Notes under the pieces: generated by a model
What the model was told of the DNA's origin: nothing
The model's database searches: none
What the model saw: the letters and a program-made list of their open reading frames with translations, nothing else
Source of the DNA: Fidelibacterota bacterium
Lineage (GTDB): Bacteria; Fidelibacterota; UBA2242
Reading direction: 5' to 3'
DNA: 64,000 bases
NCBI GenBank assembly: GCA_049975265.1
Contig: JBNGDF010000004.1
Coordinates: 63,872-127,871, forward strand
Shown: in pieces, positions 1 through 10,047 of the stretch
How positions within the stretch are numbered: position 1 is the first letter of the stretch
Layout: every line of letters begins with the position of its first letter
Translations under genes and position numbers: made by a program

Positions 1-2
1 CG

Positions 3-356
3 ATGCCCTGGATAGATCAGAACTGCTGTACCGGATGCGGAATCTGTGTGGATGAATGTCCCGTCGATGCAATTTTAATGAATGTCGATACGGCGGAAAT
101 CAATATGACCGAATGCATCCGCTGTGGTGTGTGTCATGATATCTGTCCTCAGGATTCCATCCGGCACGACAGCGAGAAAAAAGCGGATATGATTAAGGCA
201 AATGTAGAGATTACGAAACGGTACATGGCTTTATGCTCCCAACTTCTTGGAGGGTCGGAAGAGGCGGAGAAGTGTCGCCGCCGGATGATTAAACATTTTA
301 CTAATGAGAAGATCATTGCTGAGAAAACGATTGAGGAGCTGGAAAAATTGGCATGA
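3..356 (+). CDS. 2x[4Fe-4S] ferredoxin-domain protein
   Basis: Two CxxCxxCxxxCP motifs (CTGCGICVDECP, CIRCGVCHDICP) plus a helical C-terminal extension. Confidence 0.85.
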   Translation: MPWIDQNCCTGCGICVDECPVDAILMNVDTAEINMTECIRCGVCHDICPQDSIRHDSEKKADMIKANVEITKRYMALCSQLLGGSEEAEKCRRRMIKHFTNEKIIAEKTIEELEKLA

Positions 357-395
357 AAGTAAAATGTCAATCGTAAAGAAAGGTGAGTTAAGAAG

Positions 396-749
396 ATGCA
401 CTACATAGATCGGGAAAAATGTACCGGTTGCGGGCTGTGTATTAAGAACTGCCCTGTGGGTGCAATTACGGTTGAAAACCGGAAAGCTGCAATTGATGTA
501 GATAAATGTACCAATTGTGGGGCGTGTATGGACGTTTGCCCCTTTGGTGCGATTTATACGGATTCGGATTCAAGACCTGTGTCTCTCGAGCATCCGGGGC
601 AGAGACTGCCAGATTCCCGTTTTGGATTTTGGCAGGGTCAACAACGAGGCTTCGGATACGGTATGGGAAGGCAGCTCGGACGGGGAATGGGACGCGGTTT
701 TAAAAGAGGATTTGGAAAAGGTAGTGGTGGCGGTCGTGGTAACCGTTAA
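396..749 (+). CDS. 2x[4Fe-4S] ferredoxin with Gly/Arg-rich tail
   Basis: CTGCGLCIKNCP and CTNCGACMDVCP; GRGMGRG-type low-complexity C-terminus. Confidence 0.85.
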   Translation: MHYIDREKCTGCGLCIKNCPVGAITVENRKAAIDVDKCTNCGACMDVCPFGAIYTDSDSRPVSLEHPGQRLPDSRFGFWQGQQRGFGYGMGRQLGRGMGRGFKRGFGKGSGGGRGNR

Positions 750-789
750 GATAGATTGAACATTGAATAGTATAACCGGGAGATAGCCC

Positions 790-1338
790 ATGAATGAGTC
801 AATATGGAAAAAGCAGATCCTGGAAGAGCGCGAACAAAAAGATGAATTTTTCAGGATGCATCCCCAGTCGCCCCTTTCTTTTGAAGATCGCCGGAAATTT
901 AACGGACTGCAATATTATTCGCCCGATCCTGCTTATCGTTTTGAATTACCGCTGTTTGAGCATACTCAGAAGAGTGTCCTGATTATTGAGGATACCCAGG
1001 GGAACGAGCGCGAATTTCTCAGATGGGGCGAATTTAGATTCAGTGTTGATAATATAGAGTGTGTGCTACAAGCCTATAAGAGTTCTCCGCAGGAAAAGCG
1101 CCTGTTTATCCCTTTTCGGGATGAAACCAGCGGAAAAGAGACCTACGGAGCAGGGCGCTACCTTGATTTGGAAGAGGATTTGCATACTACCAATCGGAGA
1201 GAAAAATGGATTCTCGATTTCAATCGGGCGTATAATCCTTGGTGTGCCTATAGTGATCAATATGCCTGCCCCTTTGTGGATTCGGAAAACTGGCTGAAGG
1301 TTGCGATTCGAGCCGGTGAGAAGAATTTTTCAGTCTAA
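790..1338 (+). CDS. DUF1684 family protein
   Basis: LFIPFRDETSGKETYGAGRYLD and LDFNRAYNPWCAYS...CP motifs. Confidence 0.85.
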   Translation: MNESIWKKQILEEREQKDEFFRMHPQSPLSFEDRRKFNGLQYYSPDPAYRFELPLFEHTQKSVLIIEDTQGNEREFLRWGEFRFSVDNIECVLQAYKSSPQEKRLFIPFRDETSGKETYGAGRYLDLEEDLHTTNRREKWILDFNRAYNPWCAYSDQYACPFVDSENWLKVAIRAGEKNFSV

Positions 1339-1434
1339 GCGAAATGAAAGATTGGCAGTTGGTTATTCTAAAAAATGTTCTGATTGTCTGTCGGGGGTAA
1401 ATTTTGAATTGGTGAAGAGAAATAGACGTTTACA

Positions 1435-2655
1435 GTGGAATTAACCATAACGACATCGAAGCATAACTATCACGCCTTTTTATGGCATGCTGTTTTTCTG
1501 GCGCTTGCCATAAATTTTATGGATGTGGAAACCATTATTCCGGCAATGATGGTGGACGCGGGCGCCAGTTCCTTTCAGCTGGGAATGCTGACGGCGATCA
1601 TGTTGGGTGGCGGGAAATTTGCCCAGCTCTTTTTTGCTCCCTTTTTACATAACCGGTCTTGGAAGAAACCGTATTTGCTAACCGGTATCAATGCCCGTAT
1701 CCTCTCCCTTTTCGCGATGGCGATGCTATTCTGTCTCTCCGCCGGGATCGGTAATATGCTGATTATTGTATCCATTTTTATTTTGATTTTACTTTTTTCC
1801 ATCAGTGGTGCTTTTGCCAATATCAATTATATGGATATTTTTGGGAAGTCGGTCTTGCCGGAAAACAGGAAGTCCTTTTTTTCTGTCAAGCAAATTATTT
1901 CCAGCATGGTTGTATTTCTTTCGGCATTTTTAGTGAAAAGAATATTGGTAGTCTATGCTTATCCGTTTAATTACGCCATTTTGTTTTTTATTGCCGCCAT
2001 ACTTCTGGGAATCTCCTCTCTGGGATTCTGGAAGATCCGTGAGATTCGGATTATTAATGAGAAAATTACCGGTTTTAGAGCGTTTATCGATGTCATCTTA
2101 CGGGAAATACGGAACAACAAAAGAATGCGTAGCTATATTTTTTTAACCAATACACAGGGAATTAGTATCATATTAATGCCTTTTTTAGTTCTGTATGCCA
2201 AGACATTACTGTCCGCTGGCAGCCAGGAGGTCGGTAATTTTTTGGTGTTGAAAGTAATCGGTGGAATTTTGGCGGGCAGTATCCTTTTCTATTATTCCCG
2301 GGAAATCAAATACAAATTTATGCTTTACACTACTGCTATTTTGGGTATGCTGATACCCTTATCAATTATTCTGTTCCCCGGTCACACGTTGTTCCCTTAC
2401 ATTTTTCTGGTGAGCGGTATCCTGTATGCGGTTCACACTATTTCTATCGGGGGAATTCTTTTGGAGGTTACAACGAATGAAAACCGGGCATTATATACCG
2501 GACTATCAGGAGCGGGCAGTATTCTGCCTGTTATTTTTCCATTTTTTGGTGGATGGGTTGTGAAACAGTTCGGATTTACGAAGTTTTTCATACTGTTTGC
2601 GGTGGTGATTGTGACTTCTTTTTATTTTATTAGTGGGATGGACTGCCGACAATGA
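1435..2655 (+). CDS. MFS transporter
   Basis: About 12 hydrophobic segments in 406 aa. Confidence 0.75.
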   Translation: MELTITTSKHNYHAFLWHAVFLALAINFMDVETIIPAMMVDAGASSFQLGMLTAIMLGGGKFAQLFFAPFLHNRSWKKPYLLTGINARILSLFAMAMLFCLSAGIGNMLIIVSIFILILLFSISGAFANINYMDIFGKSVLPENRKSFFSVKQIISSMVVFLSAFLVKRILVVYAYPFNYAILFFIAAILLGISSLGFWKIREIRIINEKITGFRAFIDVILREIRNNKRMRSYIFLTNTQGISIILMPFLVLYAKTLLSAGSQEVGNFLVLKVIGGILAGSILFYYSREIKYKFMLYTTAILGMLIPLSIILFPGHTLFPYIFLVSGILYAVHTISIGGILLEVTTNENRALYTGLSGAGSILPVIFPFFGGWVVKQFGFTKFFILFAVVIVTSFYFISGMDCRQ

Positions 2656-3317
2656 AGAAGGAAGCAAAAAAAATATACCCCGATTCGGGTGTTGAACTCA
2701 GACCTTTAACGGCATTGAATTACGACTGGTTGTTGGATGTCGCCAGCTTGGGACTTTACCGTAGATTTATTCGCCGGGCGATTCAGGCGATGGGTATTCA
2801 GTCCGGAGATAAGATTCTTGATTTAGGGTGCGGAACTGGTCGTAATTCCTGTCTGATGGCGGAGTATTTGGGGAAGGATGGGCGGATAACCGGTCTGGAT
2901 ATTTCGCCAATCATGGAAAGGCAGTTTATTAGAAAATGTGCCGGTTACCGCAACGTATCGTTTGTCCGGCAAAGAATTGACCAGGTTTTTGATCTTCATG
3001 AACAATTCGATAAAATTTTTATCAGTTTCGTGATCCACGGTTTTCCCCATGAAGTTCGCCGGACAGTTCTCAAAAACGTTTTCAACCATTTGAAGTCTGA
3101 CGGTATATTTTTTATGCTCGATTACGCCGAATTCAAACCGGAGGAGATGCCGCCGCTTTTCCGCTATATTTTTAACCGCATGGAATGCCGCTATGCCTTT
3201 GATTTTATCGCCCGGGATTGGAAGCAGATATTAATGGATCATAATTTTGATGGCTTTGAAGAGGTCTGTTTCTTCAGAAATTATGTGAGATTATTGAAGA
3301 TACGAAGGCATCAATAA
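2652..3317 (+). CDS. Class I SAM-dependent methyltransferase (UbiE-like)
   Basis: ILDLGCGTG motif I; ATGA overlap with the MFS gene. Confidence 0.85.
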   Translation: MKKEAKKIYPDSGVELRPLTALNYDWLLDVASLGLYRRFIRRAIQAMGIQSGDKILDLGCGTGRNSCLMAEYLGKDGRITGLDISPIMERQFIRKCAGYRNVSFVRQRIDQVFDLHEQFDKIFISFVIHGFPHEVRRTVLKNVFNHLKSDGIFFMLDYAEFKPEEMPPLFRYIFNRMECRYAFDFIARDWKQILMDHNFDGFEEVCFFRNYVRLLKIRRHQ

Positions 3318-3331
3318 ACGGAGCAGCAACC

Positions 3332-5191
3332 ATGTTACCTTTAAAAAATCAATTCATTTTCGCTCCCATAAAGACCGGATACAGTGATGGGACTGGTGTC
3401 GTAACTGCCAGGCATCTTGCATTTTACAAGAGAAGATCGCGTTATCTGGGTGCAGTTATTCCGGAGCCTTTTTATATGGATGAAGGGTTGCGGGAATTGC
3501 CGACCCAGATGGGTATTGACAATGATGATAAAATCGAGGGTTTAAGAAAACTGACAGCCCTTTTGCACGAAACAGAGACAGCCGCGATTGCTCACCTTAA
3601 TCATCCGGGTCGTATGGCGAATCCGAAAATTCCCGGCAATTATTTCATTTCCGCCACAGATAAACCCTGTGAAAACGGTGGGGCGGTTCCCCTGAGGATG
3701 ACTCAAAAAGATATCGATAATGTCATTGGTCAATTTGTGGAGAGTGCGGTCAGGGCGGAAAAAGCCGGTTTTGATATGCTGGAATTGCAGTTTGGTCACG
3801 GTTATCTGGTTGCCCAGTTTCTCTCTCCTTTTGTGAATGACAGAACAGATGGATATGGCGGGGGCTTGGAACAAAGAGCGCGATTTGCCATGGAGATTTT
3901 GGAGGCAGTCAAAGCCGCAGTTGATCTGCCGATCATTATCCGGATCAGCGGCGATGAGATGATTCCGGACGGGATACAATTGCCGGAGATGGAAGAGTTT
4001 GCCCGGTTTTTGGAAAGGGCAGGTGCTGCGGCTGTTCACGTTTCCGCCGGGACGGTTTGCTCTACACCGCCGTGGTTTTTTCAGCACATGTTTATTCCAA
4101 AAGGAAAAACCTGGAAAATGGCGGGGCAGATCAAGAATGAGATAAAAATTCCGGTGATCGCCGTTGGTCAGGTAAATGAAATCAAAGATATTGAGAAAAT
4201 TAACCGGGAGAAAATTTCGGATTATATCGCGATTGGCAGGGCATTGGTAGCCGATCCCGACTTCGTTGGGAAATATATGGGTGAAATTACCGGGGAGATA
4301 CGACCCTGTCTGGCTTGTGCCGAGGGTTGTTTGGGCGGTGTGAGAGCTGGAAAGGGGCTGCAATGCCTGGTTAATCCCGCTGTGGGAAGAGAGGGTGAAA
4401 CTTTTAAACTTCCCCGGAAGACAAAGAAATATGCTGTGGTGGGAGGAGGTCTGGCAGGGATGGAGGCGGCTCTCGATCTGGAGAAGAGGGGTCATCGGGT
4501 CGATCTGTTTGAAAAAAATGAATTGGGCGGACAATTCAATCTGGCGTATCTGACACCCCATAAAAAATCCATGGAGAAAATTGTACGGTATTATAAAAAA
4601 GAGTTAGACAATAGTAAGGTAAACATTGTCTATAAAGAGGCATCGGCATCAGACCTTACTTCCTATGATGGGGTTATTTTGGCTACCGGATCGGTTCCAA
4701 AGGTGCCTTCGATTCCCGGGCTGGAAAAATTTTATTGGGCTGAAATTTTGCTGGAAAACAACTTACCAAGGAATAAAAAGGTACTGATCATCGGTGGAGG
4801 GCTGGTCGGTGTTGATATTGCCACAGCTCTAATTCCAAGAGACAATCGGGTGGTTATTGTAAAGCGAACGACCGATTTTGGAGAAGACATGGAGATGATT
4901 GCTAAAAACCTTTCGCTGAAACTGATGCGGGAAAAGGGGGTGGTTTTTAGTGATCATACCCATATCAGAAAGATCGAGGGAAAGACTGTTTTTGCCGAGA
5001 GAAATGGTAAGGATATACGCTTTGATGATGTCGATATCGTGGTCGTTTCTACCGGCATGATGAGCTGTAACAACACCATGGAACAGGAGTTGGAGGCAAC
5101 CGTGCCAATTTATGTTATTGGAGACGCAAAAATGGTTGGCAATGCGCAGGATGCAATTCGAGATGGATATATGACAGCTAATGTACTCTAA
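3332..5191 (+). CDS. NADH:flavin oxidoreductase (Old Yellow Enzyme / 2,4-dienoyl-CoA reductase family)
   Basis: GHGYLVAQFLSP..N.RTD.YGG; CLACAEGC Fe-S motif; two GGG dinucleotide-binding motifs. Confidence 0.9.
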   Translation: MLPLKNQFIFAPIKTGYSDGTGVVTARHLAFYKRRSRYLGAVIPEPFYMDEGLRELPTQMGIDNDDKIEGLRKLTALLHETETAAIAHLNHPGRMANPKIPGNYFISATDKPCENGGAVPLRMTQKDIDNVIGQFVESAVRAEKAGFDMLELQFGHGYLVAQFLSPFVNDRTDGYGGGLEQRARFAMEILEAVKAAVDLPIIIRISGDEMIPDGIQLPEMEEFARFLERAGAAAVHVSAGTVCSTPPWFFQHMFIPKGKTWKMAGQIKNEIKIPVIAVGQVNEIKDIEKINREKISDYIAIGRALVADPDFVGKYMGEITGEIRPCLACAEGCLGGVRAGKGLQCLVNPAVGREGETFKLPRKTKKYAVVGGGLAGMEAALDLEKRGHRVDLFEKNELGGQFNLAYLTPHKKSMEKIVRYYKKELDNSKVNIVYKEASASDLTSYDGVILATGSVPKVPSIPGLEKFYWAEILLENNLPRNKKVLIIGGGLVGVDIATALIPRDNRVVIVKRTTDFGEDMEMIAKNLSLKLMREKGVVFSDHTHIRKIEGKTVFAERNGKDIRFDDVDIVVVSTGMMSCNNTMEQELEATVPIYVIGDAKMVGNAQDAIRDGYMTANVL

Positions 5192-5318
5192 TTAGAAAGA
5201 TTGTTTGCCAGCAGAAACAGGCAACAATCGCCATATGTCAGGTATTAAAGTATCGATAAGTGGTTTTTAACGGGTGTTATGACAATTTTAATCGTCAGTA
5301 AACAGAGAGGTTACTAAA

Positions 5319-6140
5319 ATGAATATAAATCCCGACAGAGTCAAACAGATGGAAGAGCAGGACAAACGAATAGAGCAGAAACTGGAAAATATTCAATACC
5401 GCATTGCCGTATTCAGCGGCAAGGGCGGCGTAGGCAAGAGTACGGTAGCGGTCAATTTAGCCTATGCACTGTTAAAGGGAAGACTGAAGGTGGGGCTTTT
5501 GGATGCCGATATCACCGGACCGAATATTCCCCAAATGGTTGGGCTTACCGGAATGCCGGAAATGATGGACGAACATCAGATATTGCCCCAGATTAAAGCG
5601 GGATTGCGGGTCATCTCCATTGCGCCGATGATTCCTAAGGACCAGCCGGTGATCTGGCGGGGACCGCTGAGGTCCGGAACGATTTCACAGTTTCTTGCCG
5701 ATGTGGTCTGGGATGAACTGGATGTGCTGGTGACGGACCTGCCGCCGGGAACCGGTGATGAGGTGCTGACGGTGTCCCAGAAAATGCATCCCCAGCTGGC
5801 TGTTATTGTGACCACACCGCAGGAAGTATCTCTTCTGGATTGCCGCCGTGCGGTGAACATGGCGAAAAAATTGAATGTCCCCAAAATTGCCGTGGTGGAA
5901 AACATGTCGGGAATGATCTGTCCGCACTGCGGTGAGACGATCGATTTTTTTGGAAAGGGCGGGGGCGAACAGATGGCGGCGGAGCTACAGGCGGTTTTTC
6001 TGGGACGAGTGCCCATGGATATCCAGAGTCGGGAGTGCGGTGACAACGGCACGCCGGTTGTGCTGCAATATCCCGATTCGGTGACGGCAGAGGCATTTAT
6101 GAAAATCGGCAAAAATGTCATCGACCTGTTGCAGCAGTGA
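5319..6140 (+). CDS. mrp: Mrp/NBP35 (ApbC) Fe-S cluster carrier ATPase
   Basis: SGKGGVGKST, DADITGP, DLPPGTGD, ENMS..CPHC. Confidence 0.9.
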   Translation: MNINPDRVKQMEEQDKRIEQKLENIQYRIAVFSGKGGVGKSTVAVNLAYALLKGRLKVGLLDADITGPNIPQMVGLTGMPEMMDEHQILPQIKAGLRVISIAPMIPKDQPVIWRGPLRSGTISQFLADVVWDELDVLVTDLPPGTGDEVLTVSQKMHPQLAVIVTTPQEVSLLDCRRAVNMAKKLNVPKIAVVENMSGMICPHCGETIDFFGKGGGEQMAAELQAVFLGRVPMDIQSRECGDNGTPVVLQYPDSVTAEAFMKIGKNVIDLLQQ

Positions 6141-6194
6141 GGACTCCATTGATGAAACTGATCAAAAAATAGTGGTAAACCGGAAGCGTGATTC

Positions 6195-6761
6195 ATGGTA
6201 AGCATGATTGAAAAATGGGAACGGGAAGAAGGAGTCGTATTCCTGCGCAGAATCGGTCTAAAAAGCGCCCACAAGGTTCTTGATTTTGGTGCGCGGGTCG
6301 GTCACTACAGTATTCCGGCGGCGCTGGTGGTGGGCAGAGATGGCTGGGTCTATGCCCTGGATAAAGACCGGTCTGCGCTGAAGGAGCTGCAGCGCAAAGC
6401 TCAACGGCTGCAAATCAAAAATATCGAGATAATTCTCACCACCGGAGCCGTTACCCTTGATTTGGAAAAGAATTCGATAGACGTCGTTCTGCTCTATGAT
6501 GTTCTGCATTATTTTACTCCGGAGGAAAGAAAGCAGTTGTTGTCGGAGGTCTATCGGGTCCTGAAACCGGATGGTTTACTGTCCATATATCCCAAACATG
6601 TGATGAACGATGCACCGCTGGATCAATTTGAAGGGGTGGGTATAGCAGATGTCCGGCAGGAGATCGTGGCTGCGAATTTTATATTCCTGGGAAAATTCTG
6701 CGGCACGCTGAGCCATGATGATTTTCTCAATCCCGGATGTGTATTGAATTTTTCAAAATGA
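6195..6761 (+). CDS. Class I SAM-dependent methyltransferase
   Basis: VLDFGARVG motif I variant; RVLKPDG. Confidence 0.75.
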   Translation: MVSMIEKWEREEGVVFLRRIGLKSAHKVLDFGARVGHYSIPAALVVGRDGWVYALDKDRSALKELQRKAQRLQIKNIEIILTTGAVTLDLEKNSIDVVLLYDVLHYFTPEERKQLLSEVYRVLKPDGLLSIYPKHVMNDAPLDQFEGVGIADVRQEIVAANFIFLGKFCGTLSHDDFLNPGCVLNFSK

Positions 6762-6854
6762 AACAACAGGTTTTCGAATATTCAGGAGCATTGACTAAAA
6801 AACGAAAGTTATTTTTATAAAGCATGATAAAGATTAAAAACAGAGAGTGCAATT

Positions 6855-7478
6855 ATGGGTACGATAATTAGAGAGCTGAAAAACCATGCTCCCTATACAG
6901 CGGTGGGTGCCTTAACAGGCGTATTGATTTTCATCGTTTTCCGGAATTTGCCAAAAGAGACCGCTTACAGCGTTTTTTATGTTCTTCACCCAATTCATGT
7001 CGTGCTGAGCGCGCTGGTAACGGCTTCGATTTACGAACTTCATACATGCGACTGTATCAGCGGTAAATGTTTTCGCGGGCAGTGCAATTTATGGAAGCTG
7101 GCACTCATCGGTTATTTCGGATCGGTAGGTATTGCTACGATCAGTGACTCGGTGATTCCCTTTTTAGGCGAGCTCATTCTGGGATTGCCAAACCGGGGGA
7201 TTCATATTGGCTTTATTGAAAAATGGTGGTTAATCAATCCGCTGGCGATTGCCGGGGTTGCCTTTGCGTTTTACAAACCGAATACCAAATTCCCCCACGC
7301 AGGTCATGTCCTGTTTAGCACCTGGGCTTCCTTATTTCATATGGTAATGGCTATGGGAAGTGAATTGAGCTGGTATTCCTATCCGGTAATTTTCTTCTTT
7401 TTGTTTCTGGCGGTGTGGCTCCCCTGTTGCGTAAGCGATATTGTGTTTCCGCTGATATTTGTTAACCGAAAAAAATAA
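6855..7478 (+). CDS. Conserved membrane protein with His/Cys residues in TM segments
   Basis: Multiple TM helices; HAPYT, HPIH, PHAGH, PCCVSD motifs suggest metal binding. Confidence 0.6.
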   Translation: MGTIIRELKNHAPYTAVGALTGVLIFIVFRNLPKETAYSVFYVLHPIHVVLSALVTASIYELHTCDCISGKCFRGQCNLWKLALIGYFGSVGIATISDSVIPFLGELILGLPNRGIHIGFIEKWWLINPLAIAGVAFAFYKPNTKFPHAGHVLFSTWASLFHMVMAMGSELSWYSYPVIFFFLFLAVWLPCCVSDIVFPLIFVNRKK

Positions 7479-7488
7479 AGGATTCATT

Positions 7489-8151
7489 ATGGAGCTGAAT
7501 GATATCAAGGACAATGTTAGGGAAATAATTGAATCGCTTCCAAAGAATGTGTCATTGGTAGTGGCTGCCAAGACGCGCAGTCCGGAAGAAGTGAAAATGA
7601 CCATCGCTGCAGGTGTGAGTATAATTGGTTATAATTATGTTCAGGAAGCCGAGCAGATGTACAGGCACATTACCGATAAAGTACAATGGCACTTGATCGG
7701 TCATCTCCAGAGTAACAAAGCTAAACGGGCGGTACAGATTTTTGATATGATTGAAACAATTGATTCGCGGAAGATTGCCGAAGCGGTGGATCGTCATTGT
7801 GCCGAACTGGGCAAGATAATGCCGGTATTGATCGAGATCAACAGCGGTCGTGAATCCAATAAAACCGGTGTATTACCAGAGAATGTGGAGAGGTTGATCT
7901 GGGAAATCAGCTCGTTGAAGCATTTACGGATTCAGGGATTAATGACAATGGGTCCCAGATTTGGCAATCCCGAAGATTCCCGACCCTATTTTAAAAAAAC
8001 CAAAGTTATTTTCGACCATTTAAGTAACGCTAATATTCCCAATGTGGAAATGAAGTATCTTTCGATGGGTATGAGCAACAGCTACAACATCGCTATAGAA
8101 GAAGGGGCTAATATCGTACGGATCGGCACCCGTCTTTTCGGAGAGAGGTAA
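7489..8151 (+). CDS. yggS: YggS family PLP homeostasis protein
   Basis: WHLIGHLQSNKAK, GLMTM, LSMGMS, VRIGT; ATG at 7489 after AAGGA. Confidence 0.9.
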   Translation: MELNDIKDNVREIIESLPKNVSLVVAAKTRSPEEVKMTIAAGVSIIGYNYVQEAEQMYRHITDKVQWHLIGHLQSNKAKRAVQIFDMIETIDSRKIAEAVDRHCAELGKIMPVLIEINSGRESNKTGVLPENVERLIWEISSLKHLRIQGLMTMGPRFGNPEDSRPYFKKTKVIFDHLSNANIPNVEMKYLSMGMSNSYNIAIEEGANIVRIGTRLFGER

Positions 8152-8179
8152 GCTGAGCAAAGAGTAATTCGGAATAGAT

Positions 8180-8620
8180 ATGTTGAGCGGAAACCATAAC
8201 GAAATTATCAAAAAGATCGGGATATTGAAAAAGCAGAATAATGCGGTGGTTCTGGCGCATGTCTATCAACGGGGTGAAGTGCAGGATATTGCCGATTATG
8301 TGGGAGATTCTCTGGATTTAAGCAAGAAAGCGATCAGCACAAAAGCCGAATCGGATGTTTGTTGTACCTCCGCAAATGCAATAGAGGTGGTCAATTCACT
8401 ACCACACTCACAGATTCTTTTCGTGCCCGACCGGAATCTGGGTTCCCATGTGGCGGAACATACCAATAAAGAGGTAATTCTATGGGACGGCTATTGTTAT
8501 GTCCATGAGAAGATTACTCTGGAAAAAGTGAGATATGCTCTTGAGCAAAAACAATACCAGGTGACTGTTCAGAATGAGATTCAAAGAAAAGCGAGGAAGG
8601 CATTACGTTTAATAACCTGA
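8180..8620 (+). pseudogene. nadA: Internally deleted quinolinate synthase (146 aa, about half length)
   Basis: LAHVYQRGEVQDIAD.VGDSL, KAESDVCCTSANA, FVPDRNLG, GYCYVH and C-terminal ITLEKV...ARKAL are present; two large internal blocks are missing. Confidence 0.8.
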
Positions 8621-8632
8621 AAGGAGATTATC

Positions 8633-8881
8633 ATGGCTTTGCTTATTAATGATGACTGTATCGCTTGTGGCGCCTGTGTGATGGAATGCCCGAATGAGGC
8701 GATTTCCGAAGGTGACCCGATTTTTGTAATTGACCCGGAGCGCTGTACGGAATGTGTGGGGTTCTATGATCAGCCGCAGTGTGTAGAGGTTTGTCCCACC
8801 GAAGCAATCGTATCGGACCCGGATCACAAGGAGACCAAAGAGGAGTTGCTTGATAAGAAAAAGAGGATCCACGGGGAGTAA
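8633..8881 (+). CDS. YfhL-type 2x[4Fe-4S] ferredoxin
   Basis: CIACGACVMECPN, CTECVGFYDQPQCVEVCP. Confidence 0.9.
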   Translation: MALLINDDCIACGACVMECPNEAISEGDPIFVIDPERCTECVGFYDQPQCVEVCPTEAIVSDPDHKETKEELLDKKKRIHGE

Positions 8882-8984
8882 AAACAGCGAGGCTACTGAT
8901 AAACCGGCTCAGATTTTCAAGCCGAAATTTTTGATTTCGGAACAATGATACCGGCGGCTGTGATTGCCGGAAAGCGAGTTTGCC

Positions 8985-10001
8985 ATGATGAAAGAAGCGT
9001 TACTATATCAGAAAATGAAGGACAACACGGTCCGGTGTTATCTTTGCGCCCACCGCTGTGTTATTCATGATGGTAAAAAGGGTATCTGTAAAGTCAGGGA
9101 GAATCACGGCGGTACACTTTTTACAAGGGTCTATGGGCATACTATTGCTCAACACACGGATCCGATTGAAAAAAAGCCTCTGTATCATTTTTACCCCGGT
9201 TCAAAAGCCTATTCCATCGCAACGCCCGGATGCAATTTTCACTGCCGATTCTGTCAGAATTGGGATATTTCTCAGATTGTAAATGAGAATATATTGAACT
9301 TTGAACAGAAGGCGAGCCCGGAAGAAGTTGTATTGAGCGCCAAACAGAAGCAATGTAAAAGCATTGCCTATACCTACACTGAGCCCACCATTTTTTTTGA
9401 ATACAGCTATGATATTGCCCGTCTTGCAAATGAAAAGAGAATCCAAAATATCTACGTTTCCAATGGCTACATGACATCCGAAATGCTGGAGATGATTAGT
9501 CCTTATCTGGATGCCATCAATGTAGATTTAAAGGCGTTCCGGGACGTCACGTATCGCCGCTTGTTGGGGTCGCGTTTGCAACCGGTTTTGGACAGCTTGA
9601 AAAAAATTAAGCAGTTGGGGATTTGGCTCGAGGTAACCAGTCTGATCATTCCCGGAATTAATGATGAAGAGACCGAAATACGGGAGATGGCAAATTTTGT
9701 AGCCGAGGAATTAGGCAAAGATGTGCCCTGGCACATCAGTCGCTATTTTCCAGCCTACGAAATGGAAGATGTTCCACCAACTCCGGTCGAGACCCTCTTT
9801 ACAGTCAGGGAAATCGGTCGTGATGCCGGTCTGAATTATGTTTATATCGGTAATCTTGGATATCACGATGATATGGATACAAAATGTCCCCAGTGCGGTC
9901 AATTGTTGATCAAACGGTCCTATTTTGGAATAGTGAAAAATACCATTCGGGAGCATCACTGTCCAAACTGTGGCTTGGAAATAGCAGGTGTTGGAATGTA
10001 A
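8985..10001 (+). CDS. amrS: AmmeMemoRadiSam system radical SAM enzyme
   Basis: CYLCAHRC, DPIEKKPLYHFYPG, GCNFHCRFCQNW, YTYTEP. Confidence 0.9.
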   Translation: MMKEALLYQKMKDNTVRCYLCAHRCVIHDGKKGICKVRENHGGTLFTRVYGHTIAQHTDPIEKKPLYHFYPGSKAYSIATPGCNFHCRFCQNWDISQIVNENILNFEQKASPEEVVLSAKQKQCKSIAYTYTEPTIFFEYSYDIARLANEKRIQNIYVSNGYMTSEMLEMISPYLDAINVDLKAFRDVTYRRLLGSRLQPVLDSLKKIKQLGIWLEVTSLIIPGINDEETEIREMANFVAEELGKDVPWHISRYFPAYEMEDVPPTPVETLFTVREIGRDAGLNYVYIGNLGYHDDMDTKCPQCGQLLIKRSYFGIVKNTIREHHCPNCGLEIAGVGM

Positions 10002-10047
10002 AAATGCTGAAAATGCAAAATGCAAATTAAAATATTGAGGTGCTATT

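Noticed and set aside
3542..4561. Long antisense ORFs (also 28381-29523, 42106-43059, 59456-60379, 5576-6274, 41188-41913, 62410-63075)
   Set aside because: Shadows of well-supported genes on the other strand, with no recognisable motifs
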